A stretch of DNA of 45,417 nt from IMG/VR virus record IMGVR_UViG_2706794697_000014; one strand, 5' to 3'. The DNA is from a virus (Duplodnaviria; Heunggongvirae; Uroviricota; Caudoviricetes). This document shows, in pieces, positions 20,214-30,722 of this stretch. The notes under the pieces were generated by a model. It ran no database searches. It saw only the letters and a list, made by a program, of their open reading frames with translations, and had not been told where the DNA came from. Position 1 is the first letter of the stretch. Each line of letters opens with the position of its first letter. The position numbers were made by a program, and so were the translations under genes.

Positions 20214-20627
20214 TTAATTCGTGTACGTGATCTGGTACGTGATTTCCGCCATCGCCCAGGTGGCCATCTCATTATCACGTTGATAGTTAAAACCGAGTGG
20301 GATCAGGGTGTCGATGAGTCCGGAAAGTGCTGGTACATCATTCAAGGCCGGGAAAATGGTGCTCTCCATCCACATATCCAGCTCTGAATCCGGTGCCTGT
20401 GCCCGGATGAAGACAGCAATATGCAGAACAGCCTGCCAGTCATCTTCATCCGTCATTTTTCCGGTGTACTGAGCATCACTCAGCCACACCGCCACGGCAG
20501 GCAGTTCCTGCGCATCAACAAATGCCGGAAGCCCGTCAAAAAACGTGGCGCTGTCTCCACACTGTTCCCGAAGGCGTGCCAGTACGACCTGGCGGATTTG
20601 TGTATGTCGGTTCATCGGGTCAGCCAT
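20214..20627 (-). CDS. U: tail terminator protein U
   Basis: 137-aa product with ATFFDGLPAFVDAQELPAVAVWL and PDSELDMWMES matching lambda U. Confidence 0.8.
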   Translation of the reverse strand: MADPMNRHTQIRQVVLARLREQCGDSATFFDGLPAFVDAQELPAVAVWLSDAQYTGKMTDEDDWQAVLHIAVFIRAQAPDSELDMWMESTIFPALNDVPALSGLIDTLIPLGFNYQRDNEMATWAMAEITYQITYTN

Positions 20628-21190
20628 AACCTCAGTTGTTGTTTCAGTGCATACCCCAGCTGTTTCGGCATTTCCGCAGCAATGATGCGGTCGCGGGCAT
20701 CTTCAAATGCCTGTGTCAGCGGTCCGGACAGCGGGATTTTCACCACATCAATGGGGTAACGATTTTTGCCATCAATACGCCGCATCACATGCCAGCGACC
20801 ATTCGCCAGTTGCTGAATAAACGCATCCCGGAAAAGATATTTACCCACCTTCAGCACACTGCCACGGTACTGCAGTTTTCCACCACGCCGGGCCAGTCTG
20901 ACCCGGGCTGTCCCCAGCTTAATGGCGGGCAGATTGCCCCGGTTAACGCGGATCCTGGCCGTCATTTTTCCTGACGGACTGGCTTTAAACACCCGGACAC
21001 GCTGACGTACCAGTTTCAGGGGGATCCCTTTCACCTGGTTATCTCCCGCAACGGTATTCCCGGCAACCTGCCGGGTGGCAACCGAGACCGCTTTCTGTGC
21101 CACACGGTTTATCGCCCATGCGCTGGCCTGTGGCACCATACGGGTATCAAGGCTGTTCAGATTGCGGATGGCATTCTCAAGCCCCTTCAT
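20612..21190 (-). CDS. Z: tail completion protein Z
   Basis: 192-aa ORF at the Z position between the head-tail joining gene and U. Confidence 0.7.
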   Translation of the reverse strand: MKGLENAIRNLNSLDTRMVPQASAWAINRVAQKAVSVATRQVAGNTVAGDNQVKGIPLKLVRQRVRVFKASPSGKMTARIRVNRGNLPAIKLGTARVRLARRGGKLQYRGSVLKVGKYLFRDAFIQQLANGRWHVMRRIDGKNRYPIDVVKIPLSGPLTQAFEDARDRIIAAEMPKQLGYALKQQLRLWLTR

Positions 21191-21201
21191 CCCACACCTC
21201 T

Positions 21202-21477
21202 TTACTCAATAAAGATCATTGGCTTACCGTTAAAGCGTTCATGCCGTGTGACCGTCCATTGTTGTCCGTCATAAACAACGCGATCCCCGCGCCGTGGGCG
21301 GTATCCCGAAGAAAACACCACCAGAGAGACCGCAGGTCCGGACAGAGCATTCAGCTCTGCCAGTGTTTCTCCCGGGATCACAGTCATATCGACATCATTA
21401 ATCGAGGCTGTCTTTCCCATCTTTCTGACCGTGATCGCATCCATACGCGCTGCCAGCCGGGAAAAGGGATCAGACAT
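21202..21477 (-). CDS. head-tail joining protein (FII position)
   Basis: 91-aa ORF in the conserved slot upstream of Z. Confidence 0.5.
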   Translation of the reverse strand: MSDPFSRLAARMDAITVRKMGKTASINDVDMTVIPGETLAELNALSGPAVSLVVFSSGYRPRRGDRVVYDGQQWTVTRHERFNGKPMIFIE

Positions 21478-21793
21478 TGAGTTTTACCGGCACTTCTTCT
21501 GCACTGGTTCCGGCATCTGCCCAGACAACCCCGACCAGCGGATCAGAGCCGCTGTTAGTCAGCTGAACTTTTCCGGACTTCAGATAAACCTTCTTACCCG
21601 TTTTCATGTCATCCGTTTTCAGCTTAGGCAGCATAAACACACCTTCGGTCAGGCCGTCGCCTGTTTCACCCTGTGGAATATCGGTCAGTGCCACCGCAAA
21701 AACATCACCCACCTGCACCAGATCTCCGCTGCTGATGGCTGCACTGGCAACAATCGCCACCGTTTTTCCTTCTTCTACAAAATTCTTTGCCAT
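21470..21793 (-). CDS. small head-associated protein (DUF2190-like, possible decoration/cement)
   Basis: MAKNFVEEGKTVAIVASAAISSGDLVQVGDV...; GGAGA RBS; sits between capsid and head-tail joining genes. Confidence 0.4.
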   Translation of the reverse strand: MAKNFVEEGKTVAIVASAAISSGDLVQVGDVFAVALTDIPQGETGDGLTEGVFMLPKLKTDDMKTGKKVYLKSGKVQLTNSGSDPLVGVVWADAGTSAEEVPVKLNV

Positions 21794-21879
21794 AACTGTC
21801 TCCGCACAGCCCCGTTCAGGGGCTGATTTCAGGTACAAAAAAAGCCCTTACGGGCCATCAGAGTTGTTGTCTGCGACGT

Positions 21880-23838
21880 TTACGCCGTACATTTCACCAG
21901 ACCGCGGTGATCAACTGGCGCGACACCGGCGTCAATACGCACTTTCGTTGTCACGCCATCCACACTGAAGCCCTCCATCTGATCAATATATGGCGTATCC
22001 ACACCGTTGAGATAAGCCACTTCAATCGTATCGGAGCCTTTTGACGCAGCCAGGTAGAAGGTGGTCTGGCTGTTATCATCAAGACGAGGCTCTGCAATAA
22101 CGGTCGCAAAATCTTTCACCGGGTTAATAATACCGGCGTTAATGTCGGCCCCCTTGACACTTGAGGAGCGAATGACCTGGTTAGCAACAGACTCCATCGC
22201 CGTCGGTACCAGTACGAACGCAGGACGAATATTCAGATGACGCTCCCCCTCTTTCTGAACGCGCATCAACTGGCGGGCTTTATCCAGCGATGCCACGTCC
22301 ATTGCAGCGCTATCCAGTACGTTTGCATGTTTCGCTTTATCGAACAGACTTACATTATCTGTGGAGATTTTCGGGTTAGACGTCAGAATGGCATAAACCA
22401 GATCGGCAATAGTGGATTTCGCCGCACGGCCCAGTTTCATCGGGACATCGGTCAGCATATTCAGATCATCATTGATAATGGCCTGACGGGTGATACTGAA
22501 CAGCTCGCCATAGGTCGCCAGTGCAATAGTGGCCTGTTTATCTCCGGTGGTGACGTATTTATATTCCGCCCCTTCACGCACCTGACGCAGAGCACTGAAG
22601 CCCCCCATACCCACACGATGGGCAATTTTAAAATCAGACAACTGACCTTTCCGCGTCCACTGTTCATAGGTTTCAGGGGCATCTTCCCAGCCCTGCAGAA
22701 TGGCTTTGTTCGCAACATCCAGCAGAATATTACCGAAGTCAGACGTACTGTGTGTGAACGCCGCACCGACCATCTGCATCGGGTTATAACTGGAAACCCC
22801 AATACCCCGTTCAGTCAGTGACATACGGGCATATTCACGCAGGGTCATCCCGTTGTAGACATTATCACGTTCGGTTTTTTCAAATCCGGCACGCGCCATC
22901 AGCGCCTGGCGGATCCCGTCCCCCACAAAATTACCGTTTCCGGCATAAATATGAGCCGGGGTATTTTTATTGGATGGCGTGGACTCGCGCCCCATCTCGT
23001 TCAACAGCTTTTCGCGGGCCTGCTCCAGCGAACATTCAGGATCGGCAAGACACTGAGCCTGCAGCGTCTGATAACGCCCGCCAAACATGGCAAACAGATC
23101 ATTAATACCGTTTACACGCGCTTTTTGCTCTGCCAGTACCTGCGCACGGATACTGTTTTCATCCACCACGGGTGCTGCTGCCTGCACTGGCGTCCGGGAG
23201 GCTGCAGGTTCATCATCCTGTACGCGTGGAGCACTGTTGCGTGGCGGAGTAATCATGTTTCGAATGGATTCCGGCATCTTTTTAAATTCCTCTGTACGTT
23301 TTGACTGAATACATGCCATTGCCTTAACGGCTGGCGTCACCTGATCAGCAAATCCCTGTGCCAGACATTCGGCACCGGACATCCAGGTCTCATCCGCCAG
23401 CATGGCAGCAATTTCATCGGTGGTTTTCCCGGTTTTCTGTGCATAAGCGGGTAACAGAACCGCCTCAACCTTATCGAGCAGGTCGGCATAGGTGCGCATG
23501 TCCTCCGCATCACCGCCCGTAAAGCCAAATGGTTTATGAATCATCATGAAGGTGTTTTCCGGCATAATGACCGGGTTTCCCACCATCGCAATGACCGACG
23601 CCATTGACGCCGCCACACCGTCGACATAAACGGTAATGGACGCACCATGTGTTTTCAGCGCATTAAAAATGGCGATGCCTTCAAAGACATCGCCACCCGG
23701 TGAATTAATATGGAGATTAATGTGGGTGATATCGCCCAGTGCATTCAGATCACTGATAAACTGCTTCGCTGTAACACCCCAGAAACCAATCTCGTCATAA
23801 ATATAAATATCCGCGTCACTCTGGTGACCAGCCTGCAT
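21880..23838 (-). CDS. prohead protease (ClpP/S14-like) fused to HK97-fold major capsid protein
   Basis: single ORF; N-terminal third has protease motifs (INSPGGDVFEGIAIFNAL, MASVIAMVG, MMIHKP), C-terminal part capsid-like; start taken at MQAGHQSD just downstream of the portal stop. Confidence 0.7.
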   Translation of the reverse strand: MQAGHQSDADIYIYDEIGFWGVTAKQFISDLNALGDITHINLHINSPGGDVFEGIAIFNALKTHGASITVYVDGVAASMASVIAMVGNPVIMPENTFMMIHKPFGFTGGDAEDMRTYADLLDKVEAVLLPAYAQKTGKTTDEIAAMLADETWMSGAECLAQGFADQVTPAVKAMACIQSKRTEEFKKMPESIRNMITPPRNSAPRVQDDEPAASRTPVQAAAPVVDENSIRAQVLAEQKARVNGINDLFAMFGGRYQTLQAQCLADPECSLEQAREKLLNEMGRESTPSNKNTPAHIYAGNGNFVGDGIRQALMARAGFEKTERDNVYNGMTLREYARMSLTERGIGVSSYNPMQMVGAAFTHSTSDFGNILLDVANKAILQGWEDAPETYEQWTRKGQLSDFKIAHRVGMGGFSALRQVREGAEYKYVTTGDKQATIALATYGELFSITRQAIINDDLNMLTDVPMKLGRAAKSTIADLVYAILTSNPKISTDNVSLFDKAKHANVLDSAAMDVASLDKARQLMRVQKEGERHLNIRPAFVLVPTAMESVANQVIRSSSVKGADINAGIINPVKDFATVIAEPRLDDNSQTTFYLAASKGSDTIEVAYLNGVDTPYIDQMEGFSVDGVTTKVRIDAGVAPVDHRGLVKCTA

Positions 23839-23851
23839 CCTGAACCAGGAA

Positions 23852-25360
23852 TTATTCTTCGGACTGGTCGTCGGTGTGCTGCGGCTCCTGTCGTTTCGTT
23901 GCGGCACTGCTGCCTCCTTTATCACTGGCCGGATCGGTATCAAATACCAGATCCAGCTTGCGGTTTTCATCAATTTCGGCCTTGCGCCGACGTTTGACAT
24001 CATCCGGATTACGACCACCTGCACGTACCCAGTCTGATTCTGTCGCCGCTCCACCACGAATCTGGATTTTCCAGGCCTCAGCCTCCTTAACAGGGTCAAT
24101 CCACGGCATCACCGGTCCGGAATACACCGCGGTATACAGTGAAGAACGGTCAAGATCGCGGGGTAGCCTGATAACACCGGATGCCACAGCCTGTTTCAGC
24201 CATGCACGATACATCGGGCGGGTGACGGCACCAATAAACCAGTCCTGCAGGATCAGGTAGCCATCAGTAGATTCAACCAGCTCCTGACGCTGGGCGCTGT
24301 AAGTGCCGTTATAGTTGCGCGCTGTACTGGAAAAACTCAGACGACTGCCCGCCGCCACGGCACGCAACTGACCATTACGAAAAGTTTCAAGGTTAGGATT
24401 GGGGCGATCCGACTTCACCATTCCGATTTCTTCGCCGGGTTTCAGATCGTCGTAAATAATGCCTGGCTGAATGGTAAGCTCGCGTTCCTTATCCTTGCTG
24501 CCATTACCATCCGGTTCATAGCTCTGCCCGTCGCCTTTGCGGATGTACATCCCCAGAGCAGCGGCGATCCTTGCTGCAGTCAGCTCATAATCTTCATAAT
24601 CTTTCAGGGCACTGAGGCGGATCAGCACACCGGACAACAAAGACGTCCCGCGCATCTGGTGCAGACGGCGAACAAATTTAAGATGCAGCATTCGCTCTGC
24701 ATCCACTTCTTTGGTTTCCATCTGCCGTCCGGATACGGGACGGCTTTTATACACCAGATATTTTTCGGGACGCCCCCAGTCATCAACAAACACGCCCTGA
24801 TTCAGCCTGTTGCTCTCATCACTGGTCATGGGAATAAAGTCCGGCTCGAGCGCCTCCAGCCAGAAATGAACACCGGCAGAAGGCGTCAGGCTGTTTATGC
24901 GCCCGGAAACCATCTGGGCAAACACCTCACCATCGCGCAGCCAGGTACGCAGCATCAGACGTTCCAGCATCGGACGGGTAAACTGCCCGGTGACTTCCGG
25001 GCTGACAGACCATTCACTCCATCGGGTGCGAATCTCCGCAGCCAGGTCACGGGCAATGGCCCCATTGCGTAATACCGGATGTGGCTCGACAATAATCCCG
25101 TTTTTCCCCACCACCCGTTCTTCCAGCTTGTCAAATACACCAATAACCAGATCGTGGTTGTTATCAAGGTAACGGGCCTGCTCACGTAACGACACGGCCC
25201 CGTACTGGCTTAACTGGTCGGCAGTTCGGTTTTCCCGCCGGCCTTTGTGTGTCCGCGTCGTTTTTACGGCCTCATAAGCCTGGATCACCGCACGGGAACG
25301 CAGCCTTGCCGCTTTCCATCCTGGTGAAAAAACGCCAATCACATCATCAAGAATTGCCAT
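23852..25360 (-). CDS. portal protein
   Basis: about 500-aa ORF between W-like gene and protease-capsid; start at MAILDDVIG overlapping the upstream stop (ATGA). Confidence 0.8.
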   Translation of the reverse strand: MAILDDVIGVFSPGWKAARLRSRAVIQAYEAVKTTRTHKGRRENRTADQLSQYGAVSLREQARYLDNNHDLVIGVFDKLEERVVGKNGIIVEPHPVLRNGAIARDLAAEIRTRWSEWSVSPEVTGQFTRPMLERLMLRTWLRDGEVFAQMVSGRINSLTPSAGVHFWLEALEPDFIPMTSDESNRLNQGVFVDDWGRPEKYLVYKSRPVSGRQMETKEVDAERMLHLKFVRRLHQMRGTSLLSGVLIRLSALKDYEDYELTAARIAAALGMYIRKGDGQSYEPDGNGSKDKERELTIQPGIIYDDLKPGEEIGMVKSDRPNPNLETFRNGQLRAVAAGSRLSFSSTARNYNGTYSAQRQELVESTDGYLILQDWFIGAVTRPMYRAWLKQAVASGVIRLPRDLDRSSLYTAVYSGPVMPWIDPVKEAEAWKIQIRGGAATESDWVRAGGRNPDDVKRRRKAEIDENRKLDLVFDTDPASDKGGSSAATKRQEPQHTDDQSEE

Positions 25361-25578
25361 CAGAACCTCGCCAGCCGGTACCCGGGATGCCCCCGTCGTC
25401 GTGTAATCAGAGCCGCAAGGCGGCGCTCCCACTCCTGCCGTCCCTGCCGGATCTCAGATAAGTTTTCCATGGTCATCTGCTGACCATTAAAGGTGACGGA
25501 TTTTCCGTCCAGCACCGCCATTTCAGCTTCCGTATAACGCTGAATCATGGCTTCAATATCATTCTGGTTCATAACCAT
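25360..25578 (-). CDS. gpW-like head-tail connector / head completion protein
   Basis: 72-aa ORF between terminase large subunit and portal, position and size as lambda W. Confidence 0.5.
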   Translation of the reverse strand: MVMNQNDIEAMIQRYTEAEMAVLDGKSVTFNGQQMTMENLSEIRQGRQEWERRLAALITRRRGHPGYRLARF

Positions 25579-27671
25579 CCTCCGGAAGTCAGCCAGGGGT
25601 TAACATCGTCAGTTACTGTTTTCTTCCGTTTTTGTTTTTTAACAGGCGTGGATACCGGTTCCGGTGAGGGTGACGGTTCGGTACTGTCCGGGACACACTC
25701 CAGCCAGGTTTCCCGGCTCGCCCACTCCGGTGCATCCGGCCAGCGGATCTTTTCGTATCCATGCAGAATGACCAGAGCCTCGGCATACACCATCAGGTCA
25801 AAAGCTTCGTTGGCACCGCGACCCGGCTTACTCCATTTCCCGTCACTGCTCCGCTCTTCATACGTCAGTTCGTCGTAAAACCAGCTCCCCAGCCAGTCAG
25901 GGAAATGCACATAGCCGGGACCTGGCGAGTCACGCCATAACGCGTTATTCACCCGGTCTTTCAGTGCATCCGTCTGAAGAAGCCAGAGCGGCACATCACC
26001 TGCGGCCTGCGCCCGTCGGCCCGTTCGTCCGGTGTTATCAGGGAATGTACGGGTGATCAGTTTTGCGCGCCGGATGCTGTCGCCCTTAAACAGGTAAATA
26101 CGTTTACCAAGGCCATCACGACGGCAACGACGCCAGAATTTATAGGCATTATCAGTGACCCCGTCTTCACCGCCGGAGTCCACCGCCATTGCCATCAGTC
26201 GCATTTGTTGAGAAGGATCGGAGGCCAGCGGCCAGCTTTTATGAAAAACATCCGTCAGCAGGACATCCCAGTCTTCCGGATAGCTGGCCGGATCAATTCG
26301 CTGGCTCTCCCCGTCGCTGTCACCGCGCAATGACTGCGTGATGTTGTAACGATCAATAATCCAGCGTTCGCCACGGCTGCCATAGCCCGTTACCTGAACC
26401 ACAAAACGGCGATGACGTCCCGCCTGCACATCCACTGTCGCCACAAGGAAATTAACGCCATCCGGCACACTGCGGGAAGGAACTGGCTCTGCCCGCTGCT
26501 CAAGCAGTTCACTTTTTCGTTGCTCCATGCTGGCGCGGGGAAGATAAGGTAATCCCCAGTCGGTATTGATAACCGTCTTGAGTGTTTCTTCACTTCCGGT
26601 TGTCTCGTATTCCTGTTCTGCAGTAAGCAGTTTGTAAACGAGTTGCGAGAGTGTCTGGTAAGCAGCTGCCGGACCCTCCATCCAGAATGACGCAATACGT
26701 GAGCGTCGGGGATCACCATAACGACTGCCATCCGCATTGATGGATTCACCATCCCGCAACCAGACCCCACGTCCGTTCAGCTCACGTTTGTGTTCAGGCA
26801 TAATCCGTCCTGAACAGGAAGGACACTGAATATAAGCCGCCTCACTTGCCAGCACGGGATCGGCAATATCACGGAAACCAGCAACCACATCGCCGCAGGG
26901 CTGAAAATACTCACCACAGTGTGGACAGGGCCAGTACCAGCGACGGCGATCGCCACGGTTATAGAGCGACAGTATCCCCGTGGTTGGTGGAGCCTCATGC
27001 GGTGAAGTCCGTCGCCATTTCACATCCTTCACATCCCTGCCGGGGGAACTCTCCACAAGCGTCATACCACTGGACATAAATGTTGTGGTACGTTTTGAGG
27101 CAAGAGAGAAAGCATCCCCCTCGCCATCAATATCTTCCGGAAAACGGTCATAATCCGTCAGCGCGACGCATTTATAATCTGATGAGGACATGATATTGAC
27201 TGACGGCCAGCCGATTTTCAGGTAGTTACCAGCAAGGAATGTTCTGTCATAAACGTTGTTGTCATTTTTGTTCGGACTCAGGCGACTGACCACTTCCGGG
27301 CTGACGCGAAACGTTCTGGCGAGTCGTTTTTTGGAGTGTTCGCGGGCTTTTTCCTCCGTCATCTGAATGATCAGCATATCAGCAGGATCGCAAATCACGT
27401 TGTAAATCACCCAGCCGTCAATCAGGCCGATAGTCTTGCCGGTTCGTGCCGGGCCAACAAATATCACTGCGTCGTATTCACGCGAGGCCAGGCAGTTCAT
27501 CGGCTCAATAACATACGGTGCCACCAGCGGATCCCACGGGACTGAGTTCCCTGCCCCCATGGGCACCCGCATATACTGAGCAACGGCATCAGCAACCCGC
27601 ATTCGTCTCGGTGCGCGAAGGATATAACCTGAATCGGTTCGTGCTGCCTTTGCGGTTTCCTGATTCAGCAT
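25569..27671 (-). CDS. terminase large subunit
   Basis: 700-aa ORF with Walker A-like VGPARTGKT and C-terminal nuclease region; immediately follows small subunit (TAATG overlap). Confidence 0.85.
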   Translation of the reverse strand: MLNQETAKAARTDSGYILRAPRRMRVADAVAQYMRVPMGAGNSVPWDPLVAPYVIEPMNCLASREYDAVIFVGPARTGKTIGLIDGWVIYNVICDPADMLIIQMTEEKAREHSKKRLARTFRVSPEVVSRLSPNKNDNNVYDRTFLAGNYLKIGWPSVNIMSSSDYKCVALTDYDRFPEDIDGEGDAFSLASKRTTTFMSSGMTLVESSPGRDVKDVKWRRTSPHEAPPTTGILSLYNRGDRRRWYWPCPHCGEYFQPCGDVVAGFRDIADPVLASEAAYIQCPSCSGRIMPEHKRELNGRGVWLRDGESINADGSRYGDPRRSRIASFWMEGPAAAYQTLSQLVYKLLTAEQEYETTGSEETLKTVINTDWGLPYLPRASMEQRKSELLEQRAEPVPSRSVPDGVNFLVATVDVQAGRHRRFVVQVTGYGSRGERWIIDRYNITQSLRGDSDGESQRIDPASYPEDWDVLLTDVFHKSWPLASDPSQQMRLMAMAVDSGGEDGVTDNAYKFWRRCRRDGLGKRIYLFKGDSIRRAKLITRTFPDNTGRTGRRAQAAGDVPLWLLQTDALKDRVNNALWRDSPGPGYVHFPDWLGSWFYDELTYEERSSDGKWSKPGRGANEAFDLMVYAEALVILHGYEKIRWPDAPEWASRETWLECVPDSTEPSPSPEPVSTPVKKQKRKKTVTDDVNPWLTSGGWL

Positions 27672-28165
27672 TACTCCTCCTGCTGTAATTCCTCCTCATC
27701 ATCCGCACCTGCTTCAGTCACCCGCAGGGCTATCTGATCGCGCAGATCATCAATAATGGACTGAACACGGCTCACAGCGGCAGGCTGCAGACCGCAGTCA
27801 CGTTCCAGAATATCCGGTAATGTCTCCAGCACCTGCACGACCGCTTTTGCCCAGATGGCAAACTCCCGTCTGACATCACTGGCCGGAATGAGTTGTGCCG
27901 TTTCCTGTTCGAACTTAAGACGCTCACGTTCAGACTGATACCAGGCTTTGCGCTCATGCGCGTCCATTTCGCCTTCTGCAACCGGCGGTGGCAATGCCAG
28001 AAATGCCGACACAATATCAACCACCCGATAAAGCTTGAGGTTGCTTTCATGCCCCCCTGCAACGGGTAGATTTTGCAGCCTTGCCGCAGCAGTCTGGCGA
28101 TGTACACCTGACAGTGCCGCCAGTTGACTGATATTCAGCGTCAGATTTTTTAACTCTCGATCCAT
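27671..28165 (-). CDS. terminase small subunit
   Basis: 164-aa ORF with N-terminal HTH (ISQLAALSGVHRQTAAARL), acidic C-terminus, directly upstream of large subunit. Confidence 0.6.
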   Translation of the reverse strand: MDRELKNLTLNISQLAALSGVHRQTAAARLQNLPVAGGHESNLKLYRVVDIVSAFLALPPPVAEGEMDAHERKAWYQSERERLKFEQETAQLIPASDVRREFAIWAKAVVQVLETLPDILERDCGLQPAAVSRVQSIIDDLRDQIALRVTEAGADDEEELQQEE

Positions 28166-28980
28166 ACCCGCTCCAGAATGTTTTAAACATGCATCTCGCG
28201 AACAACTTTAGGCAAACGGTGTTAGTGATGAACAAAAAACAATCAAAATCGACACCATAAAAACAAAACCACTGTAATATCAATCTATTACAGTGGTGGT
28301 GATGACGAATGAAATTTCAAAAACTAGCCTTTTTCCGCGACGCTCCCGCCCCGTGGCAGGCCACTCCACCGGGAGGACCCGTCAGCCTGACAGACATGAC
28401 GAACGTCTGATACAGCGCCTTGCATGAATGGCATCGGGATAATCCAGAAAGGAATAGCATCGTGCCCACAAGAATCTGTGTGAGTATCCTGTTTCTTCCA
28501 CCCCCGCACAGGACTGGCGAGCATGAGGGACAAACCCGCGAACCATAAACGCGGTAAAAACCCGGTGTGCATCGTTTTTGATTATTCCCGCACACTCTCG
28601 CAGAAGGAGTTCCCCGTCGGGCTACGGTCTCTGTTAATACGGGAATACGGCGACGATACAGCGCATGATGTGTCAGGCTTGAATACCTTTATCCGTTAAA
28701 AGGGATATCAGTTAAGTTATCCCGTGTAGGGTATAAGCCATTATCAAAGCCACTCTGTAGGGAGTGGCTTTTGTAATGGCAATAAAAAGCCCCGCGAATG
28801 CGAGGCTAAATCCAGGTATTTTTAATGACTGGCTCTTATTTCAACGCAGCCCCTTACCGCGCGCCAGATGCTCAACTTCAAGCATCAGCAATGAGATGTT
28901 TAATCTGGATTCACTCCAGAAGTGATCACCACCCTGTCTACAGAGCCAAATGTGAAGGATGATGAGTAAAATTATCGCTA

Positions 28981-29463
28981 TCATCGAAGGCATTGCGTCC
29001 TGATATATTCCTGAAGCGTTCTCAGTGCTGTCTGGTCTCTGATGATTCCGTCCCGGATACCGAGAACGTTTCGTCCAGCAACTGGAGAGAGTTCGACGGT
29101 GGCATCATTGCCCATGCCGGAGGCGCTGGAGGTTTCGGCTGAGGATGGCACAGAGCATTTTCCTTTGACGAGCACCCGACCACCATTATCAAGCTTGCGC
29201 CGAAGAGCATCATTTTCAGCTTTCGCATCAGCCAACTCCTTCGTGTATTTAGCATCGAGTACATCAGCAGCACGCTGGCGTTGCTGCATGTCAGTAATGG
29301 TGGCGGTCGCCTGCTTCAGCTCACTGACTTTTTTATCACGCTGTTCTTTGTAGGCGATGGCGTTATCACGGTAATGATTGACCGCCCACGACAGGCAGAC
29401 GATGATGCAGATAACCAGAGCATAAATAATCGCGGCGACTCTGCTCACTGATCTATCCCCCAA
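28981..29463 (-). CDS. Rz: spanin Rz (i-spanin)
   Basis: 160-aa ORF with N-terminal TM anchor and coiled-coil, downstream of endolysin; contains embedded +1 frame ORF. Confidence 0.7.
   Translation of the reverse strand: MGDRSVSRVAAIIYALVICIIVCLSWAVNHYRDNAIAYKEQRDKKVSELKQATATITDMQQRQRAADVLDAKYTKELADAKAENDALRRKLDNGGRVLVKGKCSVPSSAETSSASGMGNDATVELSPVAGRNVLGIRDGIIRDQTALRTLQEYIRTQCLR
29022..29228 (-). CDS. Rz1: spanin Rz1 (o-spanin lipoprotein) embedded in Rz
   Basis: [21 protein letters not shown] lipobox, Pro-rich, wholly inside Rz in another frame. Confidence 0.55.
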   Translation of the reverse strand: MRKLKMMLFGASLIMVVGCSSKENALCHPQPKPPAPPAWAMMPPSNSLQLLDETFSVSGTESSETRQH

Positions 29464-29978
29464 CAGGCTAATGCGCTTTCCTGGTCACGACGAATAACCT
29501 GTCCATAGCAGTTATTTGAACGTATGCGGCAATCGCGCCCACCATCTTTTATCCACCAGCGAATCGCCTCGCATGCACCTTTACGATCACCAGCATTCAG
29601 CCGCTTATAAAACGTCGACGGAAAACACTTACCGGGGCCAATGTTATAGGGACAAAATGACGCGATACCCGCTTTTTGTGGCTCGGTCAGTGGTACTTTA
29701 ATATTGCGCTCCACCCATGCCAGCGCCTTATCACGCTCAATGGCGTTGACCTGGTCGCATTTTTCCTTCGACAGTTTCATACCGGGAAAAACGGGTTTTC
29801 CATCCACCATCGTGGCACCCCGACAGATGGTCCAGATGCCGGACCCATCGCGGTATGCCGTTGTGTGGTTACCTTCTTTTTCATCCAGAAACTGGTCGAG
29901 AATATCAGGCGCGGGCGCACCGACGGCAATCAGTGCCAGAACGGCAGCCGACAGGCCGTATCTGATTTTTGCGTTCAT
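29445..29978 (-). CDS. R: SAR endolysin (T4-lysozyme-like, GH24)
   Basis: N-terminal weakly hydrophobic [15 protein letters not shown] segment; catalytic E-x8-D-x5-T pattern in [18 protein letters not shown]. Confidence 0.8.
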   Translation of the reverse strand: MNAKIRYGLSAAVLALIAVGAPAPDILDQFLDEKEGNHTTAYRDGSGIWTICRGATMVDGKPVFPGMKLSKEKCDQVNAIERDKALAWVERNIKVPLTEPQKAGIASFCPYNIGPGKCFPSTFYKRLNAGDRKGACEAIRWWIKDGGRDCRIRSNNCYGQVIRRDQESALACWGIDQ

Positions 29979-30127
29979 GGATATTTATCAGGATTTATCG
30001 GTTTCTGCCCACGGACAGGTTTATCTGTTCCGGTCAGTGACTTAAGGTTGTGATTCCGGAGGAGTCTTCAGAGAACCAGTAATTCTTCCTGGTAGCTTTC
30101 CTTTGTAGGTTATCCAAACATTCTGCG

Positions 30128-30583
30128 NNNNNNNNNNNNNNNNNNNNNNNNNNNNNNNNNNNNNNNNNNNNNNNNNNNNNNNNNNNNNNNNNNNNNNNNN
30201 NNNNNNNNNNNNNNNNNNNNNNNNNNNNNNNNNNNNNNNNNNNNNNNNNNNNNNNNNNNNNNNNNNNNNNNNNNNNNNNNNNNNNNNNNNNNNNNNNNNN
30301 NNNNNNNNNNNNNNNNNNNNNNNNNNNNNNNNNNNNNNNNNNNNNNNNNNNNNNNNNNNNNNNNNNNNNNNNNNNNNNNNNNNNNNNNNNNNNNNNNNNN
30401 NNNNNNNNNNNNNNNNNNNNNNNNNNNNNNNNNNNNNNNNNNNNNNNNNNNNNNNNNNNNNNNNNNNNNNNNNNNNNNNNNNNNNNNNNNNNNNNNNNNN
30501 NNNNNNNNNNNNNNNNNNNNNNNNNNNNNNNNNNNNNNNNNNNNNNNNNNNNNNNNNNNNNNNNNNNNNNNNNNNNNNNNNNN
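30128..30583. other. assembly gap (456 N)
   Basis: run of n between endolysin and holin 5' end. Confidence 1.
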
Positions 30584-30655
30584 AAACCAGTACCCGGCAC
30601 TACCTGCTGAGGTGCCATAGGCGACACCCGTTGTTAACTTATCCATGGATTTCAT
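30584..30655 (-). CDS. S: pinholin (S21-like) N-terminal fragment, truncated by N-run
   Basis: [24 protein letters not shown] matches the N-terminus of phage 21-type pinholin as recalled; remainder lies in the gap. Confidence 0.6.
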
Positions 30656-30722
30656 AACCCCACCTCGCAGATGCGGGTGCTGTGTAATGGAAATAAAAAG
30701 GCCACCTGACGTGGCCACCAGA

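Noticed and set aside
30034-30718. Track ORFs 30034..30627 and 30110..30718 with long X stretches
   Set aside because: They are read across the 456-nt N-run; only the pinholin N-terminus at 30584-30655 is real sequence.
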